A DNA stretch of 64,000 nt from assembly GCA_963790025.1 (NCBI GenBank), contig CAWBMP010000005.1, forward strand, positions 64,001-128,000, written 5' to 3'. The position numbers were made by a program, and so were the translations under genes. Positions within the stretch are counted from its first letter, which is position 1, and every line of letters begins with the position of its first letter. This document shows positions 56,895 through 64,000 of the stretch, in pieces. Under the pieces are notes generated by a model. That model made no database searches, was not told the origin of the DNA, and saw nothing but the letters and a program-made list of their open reading frames with translations. The stretch comes from Nitrospirota bacterium. GTDB lineage: Bacteria; Nitrospirota; Thermodesulfovibrionia; Thermodesulfovibrionales; Dissulfurispiraceae.

Positions 56895-59378
56895 GTGCAG
56901 TACGCGATCGCATTCATTTGCGGTTCCGCTCTTTTTTATATATACCGGTTCTTTCCGGTAACAAGTCTTCTGTTGTCGGTCCTGCTCCTGGGGCTTTCCA
57001 CCTTCAAAAAACCCCGTGCAGTCACTCAAAACTTTAGGGAAATACATTACTCTGTCAGGCGCAGACTGCTGTCTGTTCTTGCTGTAATCATTATGGCGCT
57101 CTTCGGTTTCTGTTCTGCATACCTGCGCACTGTTCCTCTGGACCCTGTTTCAGCTATTGCCGGACAAATTATAGTTGTTAAGGGCACCGTGCGTTCCGGA
57201 CCTGTACCTATGCATTCACGCACGGGAAGCTTCTCTCACATTATAGATATCTCGGAGGCGGCCGATGATCGGGGCGACCACCTGAGTTTGCGGGAAATGA
57301 GAGTCATGAGTGACAGTGTCATGACTGCCGGCAAGGCGTATTTGATCACGGTGCAGATTCCTCCTGATGCATACTTTATGAATCCGGGCAGCAAGCCCTT
57401 ACTTGCCGGCTTTGCGCTTGGGATAGTGCTTGTCGACAACTCCTCCGGTCAGGTTTGGGCGCGCCCCGCAAAATTCTTCGGGACATTGCGGGCGCGGCTG
57501 AATGAGGCCTTTAAAAATTCTCTTTCCCCCGGTTCCGCGCCTTTTATCATGGCGCTCATCACGGGAGAGCGTGGTCTGTTGACAAAGGAAACAAACGATG
57601 CCTTCACCGTTACAGGGCTCTCTCATATTCTGCACAAAGCGGGACTGCATTTTGGACTGCTATTGTTCTTTTTTTTCGGGGTGACCTGTTTTTTTATCAA
57701 GGCGCTACCCCATAGGGTATTCTCACGTCTTACCATTTATGCGTCGCCCTCTCAAATTGCAGCCCTCGTTTGTTTGCCCTTCATGATCTGTTATTTAGGC
57801 ATCTCTCCGCCGGACTTCGGTACTTTGAGGGCCTTTATAATGATATGTTTTTTTCTATTCGGTCTTTTGTTTCAGAGAAAGGGCTTTTGGCTGAATAGCC
57901 TGATGGCGGCCGTTTTTATCATTGTCCTCTATCAGCCGGATTCATTGCTGAATCTGTCGTTTCAGTTATCATTTCTCTCGGTGCTTTGCATCGGCATAGC
58001 CGTAGGCGGAAAGCACGTACGCGATGCAAACCATGAAAACGGCCCCGTTGTCCGAAGCGCTTCTGCATTTTCCCGCCTGCGGTCTTCCCTAATGTCTTAT
58101 TCCCGCTCTTCAATGCTGATAACCCTGGCAGCAAATGCGGGCACGGCACCTCTTATCATCAATTATTTTCATATGTTTTCTATCATCTCACCGATGAGCA
58201 ATCTTATTGTCATCCCTGTCGTCGGTTTTATCATTTTGCCTCTGGCCTTTTTATCTTCTTTTTTCTATTTATTCTTTAATTTCCTTCCGCTCCGTACTTT
58301 GCTCGATGCTCTGACCCGGCACCTCTTATCATGCGTTTATCACGTCGCTAAATGGGAATTCATGGCCGTAAAGGTGCCCGCATTTCCTCCGATACTGCTC
58401 ATCTGCTTTTATGCCGGCCTTGCTATTTATACCGCGCTGGTTTATTCGGGAAATAAAAGCCGTGCAGAAGCGGTCCGTCTTCCTTTCCGCATCTTATTAT
58501 TCCCCTGTGTGATTGCAATAGCTCCCATAATTATCTTTTCAGTTATGTCCTCTGCCGGAAAGAGCAGGCTATCCGTCACCTTTCTCGATGTGGGCCAGGG
58601 TGATGGCGCTGTTATAGAATTGCCGGACCACCGCACGATGATTATAGATACGGGGAAGAGCGGTTTTCAGATAGGCGAGTTTCTGCGTTACCGCGGCGTC
58701 GATGAAATTGAGGCCCTGGTCCTCTCGCATCCGGATAATGATCATGTCGGGGGCTCCGGCTATCTGCTCAATAATTTTAAGGTGCATATGGTCTGGGACA
58801 ACAGCCGGATGGACTACAAAGATGGATTTCTTGGACAGGCCGGACACAGGGGGCTTCAAAGGGGTGACACGCTTCACGGCAAGGGATATACAATTATGGC
58901 GCTCCACCCTTACGATGGCTTTTATTCCGGCAGTGGAAAAAAATTCGATGAAAACAATGATTCGCTTCTCTTGAGAGTACAGGGTGCCACGGCCTCATTT
59001 TTGTTTACCGGGGACCTTGAAAAAGAAGGGGAAGAAGATGCGGTCCATATCGCCCCCTATCTCAAAAGCACTGTCCTGAAAGTCGCCCACCATGGCAGTC
59101 GCTCTTCATCATCGGAGGTATTTCTTAACGCTGTTTCACCGGAGATTGCAGTGATCAGCGTTGGGCGGAAAAACAGTTATGGGCATCCTCACCCGGAAAC
59201 TCTATACGCACTCTCAAGTTGCAGGGTGCTGAGGACCGACATTAATGGGGCTGTTGAGATCCGCGAAGGGGATGGCGGCAAGTTACAGGTGAAGACGTGG
59301 AGGGATTTCCGGATAACTGAAGTGAGCGGAGTCTGGGATGAATGGATGAATATAAACAGGCTGTTTTGGGTGTGGTGA
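56895..59378 (+). CDS. comEC: DNA uptake competence protein ComEC/Rec2
   Basis: Competence domain (LRAFIM, SFQLSF) and MBL domain (FLDVGQGD, SHPDNDH, NNDS, FTGD, KVAHHGS, YGHPH). Confidence 0.93.
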   Translation: MQYAIAFICGSALFYIYRFFPVTSLLLSVLLLGLSTFKKPRAVTQNFREIHYSVRRRLLSVLAVIIMALFGFCSAYLRTVPLDPVSAIAGQIIVVKGTVRSGPVPMHSRTGSFSHIIDISEAADDRGDHLSLREMRVMSDSVMTAGKAYLITVQIPPDAYFMNPGSKPLLAGFALGIVLVDNSSGQVWARPAKFFGTLRARLNEAFKNSLSPGSAPFIMALITGERGLLTKETNDAFTVTGLSHILHKAGLHFGLLLFFFFGVTCFFIKALPHRVFSRLTIYASPSQIAALVCLPFMICYLGISPPDFGTLRAFIMICFFLFGLLFQRKGFWLNSLMAAVFIIVLYQPDSLLNLSFQLSFLSVLCIGIAVGGKHVRDANHENGPVVRSASAFSRLRSSLMSYSRSSMLITLAANAGTAPLIINYFHMFSIISPMSNLIVIPVVGFIILPLAFLSSFFYLFFNFLPLRTLLDALTRHLLSCVYHVAKWEFMAVKVPAFPPILLICFYAGLAIYTALVYSGNKSRAEAVRLPFRILLFPCVIAIAPIIIFSVMSSAGKSRLSVTFLDVGQGDGAVIELPDHRTMIIDTGKSGFQIGEFLRYRGVDEIEALVLSHPDNDHVGGSGYLLNNFKVHMVWDNSRMDYKDGFLGQAGHRGLQRGDTLHGKGYTIMALHPYDGFYSGSGKKFDENNDSLLLRVQGATASFLFTGDLEKEGEEDAVHIAPYLKSTVLKVAHHGSRSSSSEVFLNAVSPEIAVISVGRKNSYGHPHPETLYALSSCRVLRTDINGAVEIREGDGGKLQVKTWRDFRITEVSGVWDEWMNINRLFWVW

Positions 59379-59446
59379 AAATAGTTTAACTGAGAACAAC
59401 CTTATTTTTTCTCAAGTGCTTGTTTTGTAGAACTTTTTTATTCTCA

Positions 59447-59477
59447 TGTAACCTTATGACCTTTTTTGTCGACTTAA
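59447..59477 (+). promoter_or_regulatory. Putative ECF-sigma promoter (copy 1), upstream of the Spy/CpxP gene
   Basis: TGTAACCTTAT-N11-TCGACTTAA; same motif and spacing as 60860. Confidence 0.65.
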
Positions 59478-59524
59478 CAATAAATGAAACTGTCAGTTGA
59501 CAGCATGTAAAAAGGGGGAAAAGT

Positions 59525-60076
59525 ATGAAAAAATTAGCATTGATTTGTCTTGCATTTCTTTTTGTAATGGGGCTTGCAGTCAATTCCGGCGCCGCGGACA
59601 AGAATATGAGCGGTGGCCCGCATGGCGGCATGTACAAACAGGAGGGTGGCTGTGGATGTGGCGGGCCGCATTCACATATGGCAATGTTCAAGAAACTCGG
59701 ACTCGACGAAAAACAGAAGGAAACTATAAAGCAGATTCATTTCAAGACAATGAAGGAAATGGTAAAGAAGAGGGCCGATATCAAGGTGGCAAAGATTGAA
59801 TTGAGGGAGATACTCTCTAAGGACCCATTGGATATGGCGGCAGCCGAATCAGCAGTAAAAAAGATAGAAGGGTTGAAGGTCGAAATGAAGATGATGCATA
59901 TTAAGACGATGGAAGAAATAAAGTCCAACCTGAATCCCGAACAGAGAAAGAAATTTATCGAAATGATCGGAATGATGGTGAGACACCATGGTGCAATGAA
60001 AGGCAATTGTTCCTGTGGTATGCATGGGATGGGTCCTATGAAAGAAAAGGCAGAGATGAAACATAAGCATAATTAA
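59525..60076 (+). CDS. Spy/CpxP family periplasmic chaperone, His/Met/Cys-rich
   Basis: Signal peptide; LGLDEKQK and LNPEQRKKF (LTxxQ-like) repeats. Confidence 0.88.
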   Translation: MKKLALICLAFLFVMGLAVNSGAADKNMSGGPHGGMYKQEGGCGCGGPHSHMAMFKKLGLDEKQKETIKQIHFKTMKEMVKKRADIKVAKIELREILSKDPLDMAAAESAVKKIEGLKVEMKMMHIKTMEEIKSNLNPEQRKKFIEMIGMMVRHHGAMKGNCSCGMHGMGPMKEKAEMKHKHN

Positions 60077-60090
60077 ACCCAGCGGTTGTC

Positions 60091-60133
60091 AAAAACCGGG
60101 AAAGGCACAGCATATGCTTTTCCCGGTTTTTTT
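60091..60133 (+). terminator. Intrinsic terminator (possibly bidirectional)
   Basis: AAAAACCGGGAAAGGCA...TGCTTTTCCCGGTTTTTTT. Confidence 0.85.
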
Positions 60134-60242
60134 CAACTTGTTGGCTGCGATGATCGGCTGCTGATCATTGAAAAATAGCGATAATATGTACCAGTCACAG
60201 GTTTTATAATTTACCAGTCGGTAATAAAATTTGGAGGGTTCA

Positions 60243-60785
60243 ATGAAAAAAATTCTTTTGGTGATGATTGTTGGATTTGCAGTGATGATAAGCGGTGCAC
60301 GGTCTATTGTTAATGCAGCCGATATGAAAATAGGTGTTTGTGATATCGACAGAACTGCAAATGACTCGGAAGAGGGGAAAAAAGCAATAAGCGGATTAAA
60401 GGATTATATGTCATCAAAGCAGGCTACAATCAAGGAAAAGGAAAATGAAATCAGTAAGATGAAGAGCGATCTGGACAAACAGGGGGCTGTCATGTCTTCC
60501 GATGCTAAAAAGTCAAAGATGGAAGAATTAGAACGGTCGGAAAGAGAATTCCAGAGGATGGTGTCGGATGCAAATCAGGAGTTTGAGAAAAAAAGGAGGG
60601 AATCTACGACAGTCGTATATAAGGAAATAATCGAGGTAATCGACAAGTTTGGACAGGATGAGAAATACAGCATTATTCTGCCGGTACAGTCGTTGCTTTA
60701 TGGCGACAAAACCCTTGATATTACCGATATCATCATGAAGAAATACAATGAAAAAAAGGGCATGAAGCCAACTCCTGAGAAGTAG
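60243..60785 (+). CDS. skp: OmpH/Skp family periplasmic chaperone
   Basis: Signal peptide, KIGVCDI, coiled-coil body and a DITD end. Confidence 0.85.
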   Translation: MKKILLVMIVGFAVMISGARSIVNAADMKIGVCDIDRTANDSEEGKKAISGLKDYMSSKQATIKEKENEISKMKSDLDKQGAVMSSDAKKSKMEELERSEREFQRMVSDANQEFEKKRRESTTVVYKEIIEVIDKFGQDEKYSIILPVQSLLYGDKTLDITDIIMKKYNEKKGMKPTPEK

Positions 60786-60859
60786 GCCCGGTGCGAAATC
60801 CTGCAAAGAAAGGCTTGACACGATCCCTACTTATTGGGAGTTTTCAGCCAAGATTTCAT

Positions 60860-60890
60860 TGTAACCTTATAATTGCGTTTATCGACTAAA
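60860..60890 (+). promoter_or_regulatory. Putative ECF-sigma promoter (copy 2)
   Basis: TGTAACCTTAT-N11-TCGACTAAA; both copies are also followed by ATAAATG. Confidence 0.65.
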
Positions 60891-60942
60891 ATAAATGGAT
60901 GGAGATAAATACACTCACATAAAAAAGAAGGAGGGGATGGAG

Positions 60943-61293
60943 ATGAAAAAAAGCGTGTTTATTGTTGTTTTTGTTGCTGTTTTGGCACTACTGTTAACAA
61001 GCGCGCTGCCCGGATATGCGCATGAACGATTCGGTTTTAGAGGAGATATATGGATTGGTCCGGGATTGGGACCGTGGTGGGGACCGCCGTATTATGGGCC
61101 TTACTATCCCCCATATGTGGCTCCGCCTGTTGTAATCCAGCAGCAGCCTCCGGTATATGTGCAGCCGGCACCCCAGCCGGCGGAAGATAATTACTGGTAT
61201 TTCTGCACTAATCCCGAGGGCTACTATCCATACGTGAAACAATGTCCTAACGGCTGGATGAAGGTTGTACCTCCTTCTCCTGCGGCACAATAG
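60943..61293 (+). CDS. Exported proline-rich protein
   Basis: Signal peptide, PYYP/PPVY repeats and YWYFC..PEGYYPYVKQCPNGWMKVVP. Confidence 0.85.
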   Translation: MKKSVFIVVFVAVLALLLTSALPGYAHERFGFRGDIWIGPGLGPWWGPPYYGPYYPPYVAPPVVIQQQPPVYVQPAPQPAEDNYWYFCTNPEGYYPYVKQCPNGWMKVVPPSPAAQ

Positions 61294-61353
61294 CCGTTTG
61301 CCGTGGGAAGAGGCGTTTGCAGGTAGTTAGTACACGGGCGAAAGGGGCTATCA

Positions 61354-61671
61354 ATGAAAACGCACGATGAAAAAGTTGGGACAATCGAGAAAGTATTGAA
61401 GTTGGCTTATCTTAGAAGGCAGCATTGTCCGGTGAAGTCTGAATGGGAAAAGAGGGTCATGTCTCACGTCCTTTATCTCAATACTACTCCATTTCAGGTC
61501 AGCATGTGGGATACCCCTATTTTATGGAAGGCCGCAGCAGCTGTCAGCATGAGTGCTCTGATTATTTTAGCTTACTCCTTCACTGCTAACATCGGTCCTG
61601 AGTATGAAGCGGCACGTATGTTCCTCGATGACCCGATGGGCATTATATCGACCCAACTGTTGTTCCCATGA
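61354..61671 (+). CDS. Hypothetical single-TM protein (anti-sigma-like topology)
   Basis: Cytoplasmic N-terminus with WEKRVM, one TM and a short C-tail. Confidence 0.55.
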   Translation: MKTHDEKVGTIEKVLKLAYLRRQHCPVKSEWEKRVMSHVLYLNTTPFQVSMWDTPILWKAAAAVSMSALIILAYSFTANIGPEYEAARMFLDDPMGIISTQLLFP

Positions 61672-61691
61672 TCAAAATGGCTGTGCGTGTC

Positions 61692-61720
61692 TTGACAAAT
61701 TCATAGTCAGTTTATAATAA
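61692..61720 (+). promoter_or_regulatory. Sigma70-type promoter upstream of the riboswitch
   Basis: TTGACA (61692-97) and TATAAT (61713-18; 15-nt spacer), or TAATAA at a 17-nt spacer. Confidence 0.55.
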
Positions 61721-61745
61721 TGAAATGCTCATTGAGCGGGTCTGA

Positions 61746-61845
61746 TCTTTAACGAAAGGGCAAACCATTCGAAAGAATGGGACGCAAAGCCTACGACCTA
61801 AAGACTGAAAGCAGCAGTCGACGGTAGCGGGGTTGCCGATGAAAG
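61746..61845 (+). ncRNA. Cyclic di-GMP-I (GEMM) riboswitch
   Basis: AGGGCAAACCATTC-GAAA-GAATGGGACGCAAAGCC..CCTAAA...GGTAGCGGGGTTGCCGA. This gives P2 with a GNRA loop, the GCAAAG junction and the tetraloop receptor, closely matching the Vc2 aptamer core. Confidence 0.93.
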
Positions 61846-62084
61846 GGATGTTTTCGTCTTTTCAGAGTATTCTCTTTAATCCCTTCATATGGCTGTCGCC
61901 AAAATTGTGCTCTTTATTGTCTGAGTAGAGTCATCGCCGGCGCTGACACCAAAAAGTCATGGACTTTTGGCGTCATTCAGGATGTTATCTCGCAGGCAGT
62001 GATTGTAGGCATCTTCTTGTTTTTTTTAGAAAATGCCGGTCGGCTACTAAGGGCTGAATATCATCTTACGGGGGGACCAGAGCT

Positions 62085-62357
62085 GTGACCAAGACTGAAT
62101 TGATAGAACAAATTTCTTTGCTGACGGGCTTGTCAAGACAGGCAGCGGGTAAGGTGCTTGCTGCGGCGCTGGAAGCAATTACCGCAGAAATGAAAAAGGG
62201 GCACAAGATAATTCTGCTCGACTTCGGGACGTTCTTCGTGTCAAAACGAATGGCACGGGTAGGACGCAATCCGAAAACCGGGAAAATTATGAAAATTCCC
62301 GCTGCCAGGGTTCCGAAGTTCACTGCCGTCAAGGGACTCAAAGAGGCGGTCAAGTAA
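62085..62357 (+). CDS. hup: HU family DNA-binding protein
   Basis: MTKTELI, DFGTF and RVGRNPKTG..IPA..VPKF. Confidence 0.92.
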   Translation: MTKTELIEQISLLTGLSRQAAGKVLAAALEAITAEMKKGHKIILLDFGTFFVSKRMARVGRNPKTGKIMKIPAARVPKFTAVKGLKEAVK

Positions 62358-62464
62358 GAGAGTATTATTATAACTATCTCTTTTTAAACCAGCTCTTATT
62401 GAAATATTTCACATATTCCCCTAATATAGTATGAATGCCTTGTGTAATGATGAAAGGACGTCTA

Positions 62465-63826
62465 ATGTTGAACAGGAGCATGGCAGCATTCCTTGCTGCA
62501 GCCATTGCAGCCTTTTCCCTGCTTTTAAACACGCCCCTGAACGCTGATATATCGCAGAAGCCGAAAATAGCTGCGCCTTGTAAGCAGTGTCATAAACCTG
62601 ATGAGAACATTTTGCGCGGATTATTTTCGGGTGTATCGAACAGGGGCAATATAATCCGTATGAGGGTAGGTCACGCAGTGTGGCTTGTGAAATATAATGA
62701 TGATACAAAGCTGATCGGAGCTGAAAACTGGAGCAAAATACAGAAAGACAGAGAGATAGCTATAGCAATATCTCAAAAGGATGGAGAACTGTTCGCGGTC
62801 AGTGTAACACTTGAGCCGCTGGTGAAATTGCCTCCGGAAAAGCATGCCTCCGTAGGGGATGTTGCCAGGCTGGTTGCAATCGGCCCTGAAAAGGGAAATT
62901 TTCAAATTGTGGATTCCAGATCTTCCGTTCTATACAATGAAGGACACATTCCCTGGGCCATTTCTGTGCCCGAGCACGAATTTAATAAATTGGAGGGAAG
63001 GCTTTCCAAAGAAAAGGATAAGCTCCTCATTTTTTATTGTTCCAGTCCTGCATGCAGGCTGAGCCTGTTCTCGATGGGCAAGGCGGAAAAAATGGGATAT
63101 ACCAGGATGAAAAATTTTACGGATGGATTGTATGGATGGAAGAAGGCTGGTAATCTCGTCGTATCCTCTGTGCAGTATTACAAGGACTGCCTGGAAAAGG
63201 ATATGCCGGTTGTTCTGATTGATCTCAGACCGGTCGATGAGGCCAAAAAAGGCCATATTATTAATGCGGTGTCTATTCCCGGCAAGGACATCCCGAATTC
63301 GAGAGAGAGGTTCCCTTCGGATAAATCTGCTCCGATAATACTTTATGGTAACGATACAAAGGGTGCATCCGACGATTTTGTGAATGTCAGGGGATGGGGC
63401 TATATTAATGTCTCGGTGCTGGAAGGCGGCTTCGAAGAATGGAAACGCTTCGGCGGACTCGTCATCAACGGCGATGTTGCAACAAAGCTTGTTTATGTGC
63501 CGAAGCTAAGGACGGGCGAAATTTCTATCGAAGAATTTAAGCGGATAGCGGAAGCATTCCCGTCCGATAAGGTGCTTCTGGACGTGCGTGACCAGGATGA
63601 GGCCATGCAGGGGATGATCAAGGACGCCCTCAATATTCCTGTCGATGACATTAAAGGCAGGCTGACTGACATACCGAGAGATAAGGAGATCGTCACTTAT
63701 TCGGTCTCAGGAATAAGGGCCGAGGTCGCATATCACATTCTTAAAGAGGCCGGCTGCAAGGTGCGCTTTCTCAACGCAGTTATCAGAATCGAGAAGGACG
63801 GAAGATTCGTTATAACAAAAGAGTAG
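62465..63826 (+). CDS. Exported c-type heme / triple rhodanese-domain protein
   Basis: Signal peptide and a CKQCH heme motif. Three rhodanese domains (DSR..GHIPWA..FYCSSPAC; DLR..GHIINA; DVR..GMIKDA). The start is uncertain (ORF open from 62435). Confidence 0.85.
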   Translation: MLNRSMAAFLAAAIAAFSLLLNTPLNADISQKPKIAAPCKQCHKPDENILRGLFSGVSNRGNIIRMRVGHAVWLVKYNDDTKLIGAENWSKIQKDREIAIAISQKDGELFAVSVTLEPLVKLPPEKHASVGDVARLVAIGPEKGNFQIVDSRSSVLYNEGHIPWAISVPEHEFNKLEGRLSKEKDKLLIFYCSSPACRLSLFSMGKAEKMGYTRMKNFTDGLYGWKKAGNLVVSSVQYYKDCLEKDMPVVLIDLRPVDEAKKGHIINAVSIPGKDIPNSRERFPSDKSAPIILYGNDTKGASDDFVNVRGWGYINVSVLEGGFEEWKRFGGLVINGDVATKLVYVPKLRTGEISIEEFKRIAEAFPSDKVLLDVRDQDEAMQGMIKDALNIPVDDIKGRLTDIPRDKEIVTYSVSGIRAEVAYHILKEAGCKVRFLNAVIRIEKDGRFVITKE

Positions 63827-63834
63827 TAAAAAAA

Positions 63835-63981
63835 CAGTAGGGAGTCGGCAGTATGCAGTAACACCAAAAAAGAGCGAATTCCCGCCTACTCGGGAATTAC
63901 AGCTCTGCTACAAATCTATTTTTTTATTACGGCCTCCCCTTACTTTTCTTCTGTTTACTGCGTACTCCCTACTGCTTACTT
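63835..63981. repeat. 7-nt-periodic inverted repeat element with a nested ATTCCC-N8-GGGAAT palindrome
   Basis: Left CAGTAGG GAGTCGG CAGTATG CAGTAAC; right TTTACTG CGTACTC CCTACTG CTTACTT; internal AATTCCCG-CCTACT-CGGGAATT (63877-98). Confidence 0.7.
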
Positions 63982-64000
63982 TCTTTTATACAATCCTATG

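Noticed and set aside
61746..61845. 3'3'-cGAMP-specific (GEMM-Ib) riboswitch
   Set aside because: The discriminator position is G, as in the c-di-GMP-binding Vc2 aptamer, not A.
63036..63060. Selenocysteine in the rhodanese active loop
   Set aside because: Both Cys codons are TGT/TGC and the ORF is uninterrupted.
1..64000. CRISPR array, tRNA/rRNA, prophage, integrase or IS transposase
   Set aside because: I saw no regularly spaced repeat-spacer series, cloverleaf, rRNA-like stretch or transposase/integrase motif. The short repeats found are inverted or periodic and lack spacers.

Overview
A gene-dense 64-kb bacterial window from an anaerobic diderm. Gene content (Psr/Phs-type Mo enzyme, SfrB-like flavoprotein, DsrE, TauE, CheX, HDOD, cdaA-cdaR-glmM, TolC/Skp) suggests Nitrospirota (Thermodesulfovibrionia-like) or Desulfobacterota; this is inference only. 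I see no rRNA, tRNA, CRISPR array or intact transposase/integrase. Main blocks in order: a TetR-led operon with two TolC, an RND pump and EmrAB; an orphan FIST histidine kinase; pstS converging on DUF47-pit; an HDOD / REC-PP2C-HATPase / STAS / MCP partner-switching locus; NTase-like/TPM/LemA/CheX; fba; dsrE-cstA; murJ; cdaA-cdaR-glmM; an HD-GYP protein; a Tat AKR/DUF6599/DUF362/polyferredoxin operon followed by comEC; spy and skp; a c-di-GMP-I riboswitch upstream of an HU gene; and a heme-c/triple-rhodanese protein. The best candidate for an undescribed system is the 10.8-kb operon at 33988-44797. It encodes a split TauE with a large extracytoplasmic domain, a Tat-less and anchor-less PhsAB-like molybdoenzyme, an SfrAB-like NADP(H) module, an ArsC-like protein and an atypical PEP-synthase-like dikinase. 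Non-coding signals include a pair of matching ECF-sigma-like promoters, 7/8-mer periodic inverted-repeat elements at gene junctions, a palindromic element lying in frame in an efflux adaptor gene, and a trmO fragment bracketed by a ~31-bp direct repeat. All product calls come from motif recognition by eye, not from database searches.
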